This document shows positions 25,240-34,597 of a stretch of DNA of 62,985 nt, in pieces. Every line of letters begins with the position of its first letter. Positions within the stretch are counted from its first letter, which is position 1. A program made the position numbers and the translations under genes. The stretch comes from a virus. Its lineage: Duplodnaviria > Caudoviricetes. The stretch is from positions 1 through 62,985 of IMG/VR virus record IMGVR_UViG_3300034137_000009; one strand, written 5' to 3'. The notes below the pieces were generated by a model. It saw only the letters and a program-made list of their open reading frames with translations. It did no database searches and had not been told where the DNA came from.

Positions 25240-25776
25240 ATGATCTTTGGTGACGTTCCCGACGAGGTGAAGCAGGCCATGGAGGCGCAGATGGAGCGCG
25301 CCGAGATGGCCGGTACGGCCTTCCGTCACGACATCAACCGCCTCATCCGCAACCTCCCGCAGGACGACCTGCTCACGTTCAAGAACCTCATGCGCCACAT
25401 GCAGGAGAGCCTGTCGACCGCGTTCTACCTAGAGGGCGTCGCGGCCACGACACTGGAGCTCAGGTACGATCTGTGCGGTGGCTGCGGCAAGAACCACGAG
25501 CAGGACCTGCTGGGCGCGCCCCGTGAGGACCCCACCGAGGGCACAGAGCAGCTCGAGCTGGAGTTCGACGGTCTCACCACCGATGAAGCGGTGGACCGTG
25601 TGGCGCTGATGGACGAGTACAACCTCTACGAGGGCGCCGACAAGGACGGCAAGCCCACGGGCGAAATCTTCTGCCGGGGCTGTGATACCCAGGTTGCTAG
25701 TCTGGAGGACCGGATGCTGCGTCCGTCTGGCGTCCGTGGCTGCCCCGGTTGCCAGCACAAGGCGAAGTTCGGCTGA
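25240..25776 (+). CDS. zinc-binding hypothetical protein
   Basis: CGGC..H, CRGC, CPGC; AGGAG RBS. Confidence 0.75.
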   Translation: MIFGDVPDEVKQAMEAQMERAEMAGTAFRHDINRLIRNLPQDDLLTFKNLMRHMQESLSTAFYLEGVAATTLELRYDLCGGCGKNHEQDLLGAPREDPTEGTEQLELEFDGLTTDEAVDRVALMDEYNLYEGADKDGKPTGEIFCRGCDTQVASLEDRMLRPSGVRGCPGCQHKAKFG

Positions 25777-26066
25777 TGCCCGGTGGTCACAAGCAGCGAC
25801 CCGAGCGCTCGCTTATGGTCTGCCCGTCCTGCAAGCAGGACAAGTGTACGGAGTGCGTGGACGTACTCCGGTCTGTCTTCACCGATACGACGATCTGCCA
25901 GTGCCGTCGGCAGGGTCACGCCGGTGAGCCCCGCGACCGACAGATCGCTGATCCCGAGACGGGTACTGTCTACACGCCCGATGGCAAGGTGGAGATCAGC
26001 GGCACCTTCAGCACCTACTCCGGAGAGGAGAAATGGGAACGTGTGGAAGGTAATCATCCAGCGTGA
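25776..26066 (+). CDS. Cys-rich hypothetical protein
   Basis: CPSC..CTEC..CQC..H; TGATG coupling. Confidence 0.6.
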   Translation: MPGGHKQRPERSLMVCPSCKQDKCTECVDVLRSVFTDTTICQCRRQGHAGEPRDRQIADPETGTVYTPDGKVEISGTFSTYSGEEKWERVEGNHPA

Positions 26067-26205
26067 CGAGGAGAAGGACACGCTCGTCGACCTGTCCGAG
26101 GACACCAAGGACCACGAGCTCATCAACGCTGTGTTGGCTGTCCAGGACATCATCCTCCGTCGCGGCTACCGCTCCGTTAAGGTGGTGATGAAGGGTGGCA
26201 AGTGA
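26041..26205 (+). CDS. small hypothetical protein
   Basis: GAGGAG upstream, codon bias. Confidence 0.55.
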   Translation: MWKVIIQRDEEKDTLVDLSEDTKDHELINAVLAVQDIILRRGYRSVKVVMKGGK

Positions 26206-26407
26206 GCCGTGCGCCCTCGGGTGCGGAAGGCCGGTAAACCCCCACGACCTTGGCACGTGGAAGGAGGTCACCGGCTTCGTCGGTGGCCCACGCAAAGACT
26301 CAATGCGACTCCGTCAGGATACCGGTCGGGTCGCGCACAACTCCTGCGTCGAAAAGGTCAACGCGGGTCAGGACATCTTTCAGGAGGATATCTTCAGTGG
26401 CAACTGA
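26195..26407 (+). CDS. small zinc-finger protein
   Basis: CALGC...HNSC. Confidence 0.55.
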   Translation: MASEPCALGCGRPVNPHDLGTWKEVTGFVGGPRKDSMRLRQDTGRVAHNSCVEKVNAGQDIFQEDIFSGN

Positions 26408-26600
26408 TCTAGAGATCAAGGAGGCCGAAGACCGTGGGTACAAGGCCTGCGTCGACGGCGATCCGTTCTCCAGCAACCCGTACGGTCTGAGCACCGCTCA
26501 GGGTACACCGAACAGGGTGCTGATCATCGCGTGGCGACGCGGCTTCCACAACGCGGAGAAGGACGCGGGGAATGACGAGCCCTTCAAGTCCAAGTCCTAA
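26397..26600 (+). CDS. small hypothetical protein (RGY..G...NPY....W..G motif)
   Basis: AGGAGG RBS; motif resembles ribosome-modulation-factor-like phage proteins. Confidence 0.55.
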   Translation: MATDLEIKEAEDRGYKACVDGDPFSSNPYGLSTAQGTPNRVLIIAWRRGFHNAEKDAGNDEPFKSKS

Positions 26601-26802
26601 GGCGAACAACGCCTACCAGTACCGTCCCCCCAAGGAGGACGAGTACCCGGACCCGGTTATCCCCTACCTCTCGTGTACCTGCCCCTGGGTACACAACCTC
26701 ACCCCCGACCAGGCAACCGACGAGGAGTTCATACGATGCCTGAGGCTGATACACAGCACGCGCCCGACGGGGACACACTTCGTGTCGAAGAAACTGAAGT
26801 AA
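26572..26802 (+). CDS. hypothetical protein
   Basis: Overlaps both neighbours. Confidence 0.45.
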   Translation: MTSPSSPSPKANNAYQYRPPKEDEYPDPVIPYLSCTCPWVHNLTPDQATDEEFIRCLRLIHSTRPTGTHFVSKKLK

Positions 26803-27146
26803 CGCTAGTACTCACGGTCCCCTGCGGGTACGGCGTCGACCACGACGAGCACGAGTTCCCCGAGGACTGGGTCTTCGGTGGTGCCAACGGCCTCGACCCT
26901 CGTGCGGACGCCCGTTGGCGTCCGACCACCTACACGTACTTCAGCGAGCGGCTCGATGTTTTGGCGGCAACGCAAACTCCCCTGTGCGACGACCAAGCCA
27001 TCGACGAGTTCACTGTAGTCTCGACGTACGGCCCGGCCTTCAACCCGAAGTACATCTACGCGCTTCGACCTGGCGCGGACAAGCCCGAGCGTCTCATGGT
27101 CACCTACGACAAGGCTACCGACACCGTCACCGAGGAGGAGCGGTGA
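26736..27146 (+). CDS. hypothetical protein
   Basis: GAGGAG RBS; codon bias. Confidence 0.6.
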   Translation: MPEADTQHAPDGDTLRVEETEVTLVLTVPCGYGVDHDEHEFPEDWVFGGANGLDPRADARWRPTTYTYFSERLDVLAATQTPLCDDQAIDEFTVVSTYGPAFNPKYIYALRPGADKPERLMVTYDKATDTVTEEER

Positions 27147-27313
27147 AACGGCTCCACATCAGCCTCGTCTACGACGAGACGGCACGTCTTGCGCCGGATA
27201 CGGAAGCTCTAGGTAAGGCAATTCAGGACCTCTACCACGCCGCACATCACAATGCTGGTGTTTCGTTCGATGTTGCAAGAAACAACTGGAACGAAGAACA
27301 TGAGGATGAGTAG
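27143..27313 (+). CDS. small hypothetical protein
   Basis: GAGGAGG RBS, GTGA coupling. Confidence 0.55.
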   Translation: MKRLHISLVYDETARLAPDTEALGKAIQDLYHAAHHNAGVSFDVARNNWNEEHEDE

Positions 27314-27697
27314 ATGGGAGCACATGGAGTAGCCCTCGGAAAGCACCCCACCGCAAAGCTCGACCCCCTGGACCGCCGCATTGTCGGCTGGTTAGGTGCC
27401 ATGGATCTTTGGTCGAAGCGTGAGATCGCGGCGGCGTTCGGCATAGCCGAGCGCACCGTCCGCAAGCATGAAGTCACCTACGGAGGACAGGTATGGCAGC
27501 GACCGAACGAAAGTCCCTCGAGCCCTGGTTGCTCGACAGCATCGCCTTCTACCCTCACCAGATCGAGGGTGTCCGAGACCTCGCCCGACGCAACTCCTTC
27601 CTCCTCGCCGACGACATGGGACTTGGAAAGTCCCTCCAGGCCCTCACCGTCTTCACCGTTGACGTTGTCCGAGGATGGGCTCGAACCGCACTGGTAG
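27314..27697 (+). CDS. HTH DNA-binding protein (tail overlaps the helicase)
   Basis: WSKREIAAAFGIAERTVRK. Confidence 0.55.
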   Translation: MGAHGVALGKHPTAKLDPLDRRIVGWLGAMDLWSKREIAAAFGIAERTVRKHEVTYGGQVWQRPNESPSSPGCSTASPSTLTRSRVSETSPDATPSSSPTTWDLESPSRPSPSSPLTLSEDGLEPHW

Positions 27698-28935
27698 TCG
27701 CCCCCGTTACCCTCAAGGGCAACTGGCAAGACGAGATCGAGAAGTTCACTCGGTTCCCAGCCGTCGTGCTCAACGGCACAAAGGCACAGCGCGAAAAGCA
27801 GATCATTGACTTTGTCGGGATCGAAGGCCCCAAGATCATGGTCGTCAACTACGAACAGGTTGTCGCACACTACGACACGCTCGACGCCCTCAAGTTCGAC
27901 GTGGCTATCTTCGACGAGTGTCACTACCTCAAGAACCCCAAGGCTAAGCGCACCAAGGCCTGCCTGTCGCTTTACAGCCGTCGGTCGTTCATGTTGACCG
28001 GTACCCCGATGCTCAACCACGTGGACGAGCTGTGGTCGATCCTGCACCGCATTGACCCGAAGGCCTACCCCAAGTACTGGGGGTTCCTCAACAGGTACGC
28101 CGTCTTCGGCGGCTACAAGGACAAGCAAATCGTAGGGGTCAAGAATGAAAAGGAGCTCACCGAGCGCCTACAGGGGGTCATGCTTCGACGGCTCAAGCAG
28201 GACGTGCTTGATCTGCCTGACGTACAGATCATCGAGCGCCGTGTGGACCTTCTTCCGCAGCAGCGCAAGCTCTACGATGAGGTTGCTAACGAGATGCGTC
28301 TACCGCAGCCTGACGGCGCGGACCCGCAGGACATCGAGAACGCTCTCACGAAGTTCCTCAGGCTCAAGCAGATCTGTGGTACTACGCTCCCATTCACCGG
28401 TGAGGATCATTCGGGCAAACTCGATCTCGCGACGGAGGACGATCTGGAGCTGCTCGAGAACGGACATCGACTCGTAGTCTTCACACAATTCCGTGACGTG
28501 CAGGCCGCCTACGCCAAGAGGATCGCGGCCATGACTAACGGGGACGTACCGATCTTCCAGCTCCACGGTGACATCGCGCAGACCGAGCGGCAGCCTACCG
28601 TCAAGACGTGGTCCTCTACCACCACCCCCGGTGTGATCGTCTGTATGCTGCAGGTCGCCGGTGTCGGCCTCAACATGGTGGCGGCGAGGCATGGGTCGTT
28701 CATCGACGAACTGTTCGTCCCCGGCCTCAACAAGCAGGCCATTGACCGCCTGCACCGCATCGGGCAGAACACGACGCAGCCGGTGCAGATTCGTAAGTAC
28801 ATCTGCCGCAACACGATTGAGAACCGCGTACAGCAGATTCTCCGCACGAAGTCGAAGTTGTTCGGCGAGATTGTGGAGTCCGATCCCGACTGGAAGCGCA
28901 AGCTTCTCAAAGTCATGATGGAGGACGAGGAATGA
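27493..28935 (+). CDS. SNF2-family helicase
   Basis: LADDMGLGKS, DECH, LTGTP, GVGLN, QAIDRLHRIGQ. Confidence 0.93.
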   Translation: MAATERKSLEPWLLDSIAFYPHQIEGVRDLARRNSFLLADDMGLGKSLQALTVFTVDVVRGWARTALVVAPVTLKGNWQDEIEKFTRFPAVVLNGTKAQREKQIIDFVGIEGPKIMVVNYEQVVAHYDTLDALKFDVAIFDECHYLKNPKAKRTKACLSLYSRRSFMLTGTPMLNHVDELWSILHRIDPKAYPKYWGFLNRYAVFGGYKDKQIVGVKNEKELTERLQGVMLRRLKQDVLDLPDVQIIERRVDLLPQQRKLYDEVANEMRLPQPDGADPQDIENALTKFLRLKQICGTTLPFTGEDHSGKLDLATEDDLELLENGHRLVVFTQFRDVQAAYAKRIAAMTNGDVPIFQLHGDIAQTERQPTVKTWSSTTTPGVIVCMLQVAGVGLNMVAARHGSFIDELFVPGLNKQAIDRLHRIGQNTTQPVQIRKYICRNTIENRVQQILRTKSKLFGEIVESDPDWKRKLLKVMMEDEE

Positions 28936-29255
28936 ACGTCGTCCCGCCTCCCGCCTGCGACTGCTATGCCTGCACGTTCTGGGATGCCGTCGACGACGGT
29001 AGGGTTCTGCCATCATGGAAGGACTACAGCAGGGCTTCGCTTTACGAAGACCTGGTTCATCTAGTTGAGCGCACCATCGGGCAGGGTAAGGAGATGTCTA
29101 TCTCGGAGGTGTGGCGACAGCAAAGGTTCCGTGGTCCGACGGACTACAACATGCTGAGAAAGGTCATGCACGATATGGCACGACATGGACTGATTGTTTG
29201 CGTCCACGTCGACCGTGCAGGTAAGTGTCGACGATACGGAAGGATTGAGACATGA
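28932..29255 (+). CDS. hypothetical protein, possible winged helix
   Basis: ATGA coupling; CDCYAC, helical C-terminus. Confidence 0.55.
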   Translation: MNVVPPPACDCYACTFWDAVDDGRVLPSWKDYSRASLYEDLVHLVERTIGQGKEMSISEVWRQQRFRGPTDYNMLRKVMHDMARHGLIVCVHVDRAGKCRRYGRIET

Positions 29256-29416
29256 TGTTCTATCTCAAGCTCGCAAGGCTCCGGTTGTGGCGACGCTACC
29301 GTCGGCACTTCCTGTCGACGTTCGAGATGTCGGTGCTACCGGACCTCACCGTGCCGGAGGTGCTGATGATCGCATCGGCCTACGAAAAGGCGATCAAGAA
29401 CGGGATGGCTAGGTGA
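29252..29416 (+). CDS. small hypothetical protein (54 aa)
   Basis: ATGA/GTGA coupling on both sides; below ORF-track cutoff. Confidence 0.5.
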   Translation: MMFYLKLARLRLWRRYRRHFLSTFEMSVLPDLTVPEVLMIASAYEKAIKNGMAR

Positions 29417-29571
29417 GTAGCATCAGCATCAACCTCTCCGTTCACACCGAGGACCAGTCAAAGGCGCTCAAGGCCGCCGAGGTGCTGGCCCGCACGGCCG
29501 CCGGACTCGTTCTGGACGGGATCGACGTAAACATGTCCATGTACCAGCACAACGACGAAGAGGATGACTGA
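29413..29571 (+). CDS. small hypothetical protein (52 aa)
   Basis: Coupled on both sides; good codon bias. Confidence 0.55.
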   Translation: MSSISINLSVHTEDQSKALKAAEVLARTAAGLVLDGIDVNMSMYQHNDEEDD

Positions 29572-29855
29572 TGTTCGACAGAGGTTCCGAGAGCTACAAG
29601 ACCGACATCAAGCTGGGGGAGAAGTACCGTGACAAGATCACGGGGTTCGAGGGCACGGCCGTCGTGATCTCTTTCTTCCAGCACGCCTGCGAGCGCGTGT
29701 CGCTTCGCACCCTCAACAAGGACATGGAGATCGTCGAGCAGTCCTTCGACGCCCCCGAGCTCGTCCACGTCGCAACCGGGAGGCAGCCCGGTACGTCGCG
29801 TACCGGTGGTGTGCGTCCGACGCCGGGCCGCGCCCAGGAGCCGGGGCGGAGGTGA
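29571..29855 (+). CDS. hypothetical phage protein (SH3-like KLG...RD.ITGFEG motif)
   Basis: Coupling, codon bias. Confidence 0.7.
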   Translation: MFDRGSESYKTDIKLGEKYRDKITGFEGTAVVISFFQHACERVSLRTLNKDMEIVEQSFDAPELVHVATGRQPGTSRTGGVRPTPGRAQEPGRR

Positions 29856-30046
29856 CCGTCGACCCCGACACCGATCGACTCATGACGGTGAAGGAGGTGG
29901 CGGAGTTCTTCTCGGTCACGCAGTACACCGTCAGGCAGTGGATCAACAACGGCACCCTCAAAGGTGCTAAGGTCAATGACAAGTGGCGGGTGGCCCGATC
30001 CGAGGTCATCCGATACGCCAAGACACTCTACGAGGAGACAAAGTGA
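29852..30046 (+). CDS. excisionase-family HTH DNA-binding protein
   Basis: LMTVKEVAEFFSVTQYTVRQWINNGTLKGAKV..KWRV. Confidence 0.88.
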   Translation: MTVDPDTDRLMTVKEVAEFFSVTQYTVRQWINNGTLKGAKVNDKWRVARSEVIRYAKTLYEETK

Positions 30047-30621
30047 TCCTGACCCCCGACACCCGCATGATCTGGGTCGACATCGAAACGACCGGGCTCG
30101 ACCCTCTGAACGACACGATCCTCGAGGTGGGGTTCTGTGTAACCGACACCGAACTCAAGGTCGTGTCCGAGTTCGACGTGCTGATCTGGGATGCCGGATC
30201 GCAGACGTACGTCGACAAGGCCGACACGTTCGTCAAGAAGATGCACGGCCCCGATGGTACCGATCTGTTCCGCATCGCTAAGGAGGAGGGCATTCGTTGG
30301 GCCGACGCCGAGCGCGCTCTTCTCGGATGGATGGCCGAGGTCGGGGTTACGAAGGACGACCCCCTGTGTGGGTCCTCGGTCCACTTTGACCGTGGCTTCC
30401 TCAAGGACCAGCTCGACACCATTGAGTCACAGTTCAGCCACCGCAACATCGACAACAGCACCATCAAGGAGCTGTGCCGCAGGTACAACCCGAACGTCTA
30501 CGCGAGCGTCGACGAGTTCACACACCCCAAGAAGCTGCACCGTGCAATGCCCGATCTGGCGGACACGATCGAGGAGCACGGCTTCTACATGGACAACTTC
30601 CTCTGGGTGGCTGCCCGATGA
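30043..30621 (+). CDS. orn: oligoribonuclease-like DEDDh 3'-5' exonuclease
   Basis: MIWVDIETTGLDP, LCGSSVHFDRGFL, HRNIDNSTIKEL, HRAMPD. Confidence 0.85.
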   Translation: MILTPDTRMIWVDIETTGLDPLNDTILEVGFCVTDTELKVVSEFDVLIWDAGSQTYVDKADTFVKKMHGPDGTDLFRIAKEEGIRWADAERALLGWMAEVGVTKDDPLCGSSVHFDRGFLKDQLDTIESQFSHRNIDNSTIKELCRRYNPNVYASVDEFTHPKKLHRAMPDLADTIEEHGFYMDNFLWVAAR

Positions 30622-30869
30622 GCACTACCCTGCACGAGAACGAGAAGCGTACAGTCCACCTCTACGGTAAGCCGTACCACTGGATCAAGGTCGACGGACG
30701 GCTCACCCTCGTGGCCGGTTACCGCACCGAGGACGACGAGTTCCGTGACGGCATCATCCAGCGTCTGCTGGCCAGCGGGATGCCGCACAAGATGATCACC
30801 GACGAGATGATCGAAAAGATCATCGAGGATGCACGTGAGCGTGCGGCGGCGGCCGAGGAGGAGAAGTAA
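30618..30869 (+). CDS. hypothetical protein
   Basis: ATGA coupling. Confidence 0.6.
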   Translation: MSTTLHENEKRTVHLYGKPYHWIKVDGRLTLVAGYRTEDDEFRDGIIQRLLASGMPHKMITDEMIEKIIEDARERAAAAEEEK

Positions 30870-31000
30870 TGGAGCTCATCGACGTGACATTGACATACGT
30901 CAACGGCGAAGGGGAGACGACGCACTACACGGTTCAGGTGCCGGACCACAACTCGGTGGCTAGGATCATCTCGGTGATGGATGAGGAGACGGAGTACTAG
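30869..31000 (+). CDS. small hypothetical protein (43 aa)
   Basis: GAGGAG RBS, TAATG coupling. Confidence 0.5.
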   Translation: MELIDVTLTYVNGEGETTHYTVQVPDHNSVARIISVMDEETEY

Positions 31001-31290
31001 TGGCTATCAGCGCACAGCAGGGTTCGGCGCGAAGGACCTGTGAGGTCTGTGGTGCAACGATCGAGGTCATGGCCTTCAAGGGCACCGGGGTGTGTGGTGA
31101 GAACCACATGAAGACGCGAGTCAGGCTTATCGCATCCGACATCGGTTGGGAGCCCATGGTGGAGCCCGAGGACACGCACGGGGATGAGGACGGCGGCAAC
31201 TCGGTGCCGGTCGAGCCAACCCCCAAGACGCCGACTCCGGCTGGCATGGTGGCTACTCCGGTTGCCGCTCCGCCCCAGTTCTCGGCATGA
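31000..31290 (+). CDS. zinc-finger hypothetical protein
   Basis: CEVC...CGENH. Confidence 0.55.
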   Translation: MAISAQQGSARRTCEVCGATIEVMAFKGTGVCGENHMKTRVRLIASDIGWEPMVEPEDTHGDEDGGNSVPVEPTPKTPTPAGMVATPVAAPPQFSA

Positions 31291-32411
31291 CGACGAAGGT
31301 TGAGTTCGAAACGGCCACTATCGCCGAGGCAATCAAGGCCGCCGACCGCGTAGCCCCGACCAAGGGTGCTGCCTTCGACAAGGCGCACGGGATCGTCATT
31401 GAGATCGACCCCGGCTCATCCACGGTCGTCGTCAGGTCAACCAACGGCGACCTGTTCTACATGTCCTGGGTTGACCACGTGGCGGTGGAGGGTGAGGCTA
31501 CGACCTGGCGCGTACCCAGCAAGGTTTTCACACAGGTCGTCACCTCGCTCCCGTACGGCACCGGCAAGACCGTTTCGTTCGAGGAGTCGACAAAGGGGCA
31601 GATCAACATGGTCTGCGGGCGGACCAAGGCGCGCTTTGGTCTGATCCATCACGCTGACTACCCAATGTGGGCGGCGTTCGATCCCGATGGACTCTTCCCG
31701 GCGTCTGACTTGGGCGGGACCATCGGCATGGTCGAGTGGGCCGCGGCCAAGGTAGAGATCCCCCTGTGCGGGGTTCACTTCGACGGCAAACAGGTCGTCG
31801 CCACAGATCGCTATCGTCTGGTGCGGGTGCCCCTGACGATCAGTGATCTGGACCGCCCGATCACCGTTCCCGCCGGTCTACTCTCGCAGGTGATCAAGCA
31901 GACCGGTGAGGTGATGATCGGCACGGACGGCAATCAGCTACTGGTTATGCCGGACGAGTACACGCAGATCAGGTGTGTGATCTTCGACGAGAAATACCAG
32001 AACGTCGAGCGGGTCATGAGCAACCACCGCGACTACCCCGAGTCGGTAGAGTTCTCCCGGGATAGCTTCGTCGAGGTGATCAACAGGACGATGGCCTTCC
32101 AGGGTAACGGTCGGGAGGTTCCGCTCCTGCGCACCTTCCTCGGCAACGAGGAGATCCGTGTCATGATGGCGAACAAGGAGCAGGGGATGCTCGGCGACGT
32201 TCTCGAGATCGCCGGGCAGGCAACGCACGACATGTGCGAGATCAAGTTCACGCCCAAGAACCTGCTCGACGCCCTGGCCAACTGCCCGAACGACCGCATC
32301 AGAATGCACTACAACCCCGACCGTACCAACGGACTCATCTACATCACCTCGGGTACAAGCTTCGAGGTGTGGGTCATGCCACGGGCTGAGGTTGGCGAGT
32401 CGAATGGGTAG
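31287..32411 (+). CDS. dnaN: DNA polymerase III beta subunit (sliding clamp)-like protein
   Basis: 374 aa, three-domain pattern, VATDRYRL, ADYP, IKFTPKNLLDAL, VWVMP. Confidence 0.88.
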   Translation: MTTKVEFETATIAEAIKAADRVAPTKGAAFDKAHGIVIEIDPGSSTVVVRSTNGDLFYMSWVDHVAVEGEATTWRVPSKVFTQVVTSLPYGTGKTVSFEESTKGQINMVCGRTKARFGLIHHADYPMWAAFDPDGLFPASDLGGTIGMVEWAAAKVEIPLCGVHFDGKQVVATDRYRLVRVPLTISDLDRPITVPAGLLSQVIKQTGEVMIGTDGNQLLVMPDEYTQIRCVIFDEKYQNVERVMSNHRDYPESVEFSRDSFVEVINRTMAFQGNGREVPLLRTFLGNEEIRVMMANKEQGMLGDVLEIAGQATHDMCEIKFTPKNLLDALANCPNDRIRMHYNPDRTNGLIYITSGTSFEVWVMPRAEVGESNG

Positions 32412-32664
32412 CCCGATCCGGCCCCCGAACCCCGGCCTGCCATGGCCCGGCGGACCGTCCGTACGGGCGCGTGCGGCCCTCAATGACGCCGGGGGTACAC
32501 CGGCACGCCCCCGCGTGCAGGACGCCGCTACGGGGCTAGGAAAAGCAGTCCTTACCTTGCTCGTCATAATGGTCTTTGCCATCTGCCTGGCGTTCCTCGC
32601 AATGGTCCTAGGTGTACTCACCTACCTGGCCGTGGATACCTGGCAGGCGGTGGCAGAACTGTGA
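32404..32664 (+). CDS. membrane protein
   Basis: Long hydrophobic C-terminal segment. Confidence 0.55.
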   Translation: MGSPIRPPNPGLPWPGGPSVRARAALNDAGGTPARPRVQDAATGLGKAVLTLLVIMVFAICLAFLAMVLGVLTYLAVDTWQAVAEL

Positions 32665-33185
32665 CTGACTACCAGTACTTCGTGCTCAACGTTAACCCGG
32701 AACCATGGGCCATCGGTCCAGTCGGTTATGCACGACGCAACGGCAAGATGAGCGCCTACGTCGGGCAGAACAAGCAGCTCGACGCCTACAAGCAGGCGAT
32801 CAAGGAAGAGCTTGGCACCGGCCACAAGATGCTAGAGGGACCGGTAGATCTGCGGTTCTACTTCTGGCGCGTGCGTGACGAGTACACTACCCCTCAGGGT
32901 CGCGCTCATCGCAAGCACGAGGCCGATGCAACCAACATGCAGAAGGCTACCGAGGATGCGCTCCAGGGTGTGCTCTTCGCCAATGACAAGGACGTGCAGC
33001 ACGTCGAGTCGTGGATCATCGCACAGGGTCCCGACGTGGAGCCTCGCGTCGTGGTCGGGGTCAAGCGCTACGAGGAGGACTACCTGCTCCCCGACGGCGT
33101 GCTAGTAGCACTCGCTAACCAGCCCGAGCTGCCGTTCGACGACGACAGCATGTCCTGGTCACCCCCCGAGGAGGGGATGTTCTGA
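32661..33185 (+). CDS. rusA: RusA-like Holliday junction resolvase
   Basis: ADATNMQKATEDALQGVLFANDKDV (DxxNxxK..D...D). Confidence 0.85.
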   Translation: MTDYQYFVLNVNPEPWAIGPVGYARRNGKMSAYVGQNKQLDAYKQAIKEELGTGHKMLEGPVDLRFYFWRVRDEYTTPQGRAHRKHEADATNMQKATEDALQGVLFANDKDVQHVESWIIAQGPDVEPRVVVGVKRYEEDYLLPDGVLVALANQPELPFDDDSMSWSPPEEGMF

Positions 33186-33514
33186 TGCTAGAGGTTACGG
33201 GGTGGCTCACCGACCCCGACAACGACAACTTCATCGGTGACGAGAAGTTCGTCGTCCAGATCAAGATGGTTCGCGAGAACAGCGACGACACCGCCGACTA
33301 CTCGGTGAAGTTCATCGTCGATGAGGAAACCGAGATCGCCATGCGTCACCGTGTGATCACGGCCTTCCCGTACACCAAGTACAATAAGTTGGCGCTCCTG
33401 CGCTTTGCCCTCTACACCCTCGACAAGGAAGACTTGGTGGTCCCGTATGGGGAAGTTGGTACATCAGATCTGGCATGGCGACAGCGCGGACCTGGGCGCT
33501 CGCTTCCACGCTAA
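33185..33514 (+). CDS. hypothetical protein
   Basis: TGATG coupling, codon bias. Confidence 0.65.
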   Translation: MLEVTGWLTDPDNDNFIGDEKFVVQIKMVRENSDDTADYSVKFIVDEETEIAMRHRVITAFPYTKYNKLALLRFALYTLDKEDLVVPYGEVGTSDLAWRQRGPGRSLPR

Positions 33515-34181
33515 GCGTGGCATCCAGTCCATCATCACCGATCCGCCCTTCGGTGTGGACAACCAGTCAAACATGGCGGTGACTAAGGAGGGCAAGGAGC
33601 ACGCTCGCAAGATCGCCAACGACGAGTCCCCCGAGGTAGCCATCGCTACCTTCCGTCGTGTGATGGAGGCGATGATCCCTGGGATGAAGGACAACTCCGA
33701 CATCTACATCTTTACGAGTCACCAGGTACTGCAGGAGTGGCTGGTGTTCACACAGGAGCTGCTCGTCCCCCACGGGTTCCGCCGTAAGGCGATCTTAGTG
33801 TGGGAAAAGGACGGACCGGGTATGGGTGACCTCGAGACGTGGGGCATGGGCTGCGAGTTCGTGCTGTACTACAAGAGGGGTAACCGTGAGCGGTCGGACA
33901 AGCGACGCAACAACGTGCTACATGTGCCTCAACTCAGGCCATCGGAGCTCATCCATCCACATGAAAAGCCCCTGCCCCTGCTCGAGCTCCTCATCAAGCA
34001 CAGCACGGACCCTGGCGACCTGGTTGTGGACCCGTTCGGTGGGAGTGGTAGTCTGGTGCGTGCTGCACAGCGTACCGGGCGTCACGGTGTCGGAATCGAG
34101 TACGACGAGCTGAACTACCAAAAGGCGCTCAAGAAGCTCACCGAGGGTGAGGGTGCCGGGATGGACTTCGGCGACGACTAA
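33447..34181 (+). CDS. DNA N6-adenine/N4-cytosine methyltransferase (beta class)
   Basis: IITDPPF (motif IV) before HPHEKP and VDPFGGSGS (motif I). Confidence 0.92.
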   Translation: MGKLVHQIWHGDSADLGARFHAKRGIQSIITDPPFGVDNQSNMAVTKEGKEHARKIANDESPEVAIATFRRVMEAMIPGMKDNSDIYIFTSHQVLQEWLVFTQELLVPHGFRRKAILVWEKDGPGMGDLETWGMGCEFVLYYKRGNRERSDKRRNNVLHVPQLRPSELIHPHEKPLPLLELLIKHSTDPGDLVVDPFGGSGSLVRAAQRTGRHGVGIEYDELNYQKALKKLTEGEGAGMDFGDD

Positions 34182-34187
34182 CACACG

Positions 34188-34227
34188 ACAACGCCCCCGC
34201 ACCTGATCAGGAGTGCGGGGGCGTTGT
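34188..34227. terminator. bidirectional terminator between convergent genes
   Basis: ACAACGCCCCCGCAC / GTGCGGGGGCGTTGT with T-rich flanks on each strand. Confidence 0.75.
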
Positions 34228-34237
34228 TGCTTGTGCG

Positions 34238-34597
34238 CTAGATGCCCCCACCCGCGTCGATGCGCGAGATGGCGTAGCGGAGTGCCACAATAAGAACACG
34301 GGCCAAGGTTCGTACCGATGTGGTGAGTTGCAGCAGGCTCATCGTACCCGTTGTGTCCGCGATCTTCTGCAGGTCAACGAACATGGCCTGTGATCGGGTA
34401 CTAAGAGCCGTCGGGGGAAGGGGCCGGGCCGCCATGGCCGCTGCCTCATCAGCGTAGTAGTCCCACCCGTCCACCGGGAGAACGGTAGGTGGCTCGTCGA
34501 GCGTGAGGGTGTAACCCGGCCCGTAGACGCGCTCGCCGTACTCAAGATCGCCGCCTCTCCACCGGTAGAAGCCTGCGCCTCGCTGCGGGGTGGTCAT
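34238..34597 (-). CDS. hypothetical virion/fibre-associated protein
   Basis: Coupled to the LRR gene; PVDGW.YY motif. Confidence 0.65.
   Translation of the reverse strand: MTTPQRGAGFYRWRGGDLEYGERVYGPGYTLTLDEPPTVLPVDGWDYYADEAAAMAARPLPPTALSTRSQAMFVDLQKIADTTGTMSLLQLTTSVRTLARVLIVALRYAISRIDAGGGI

Noticed and set aside
27493-28935. Intein or intron in the helicase
   Set aside because: Normal length, continuous motifs and no splice-junction residues
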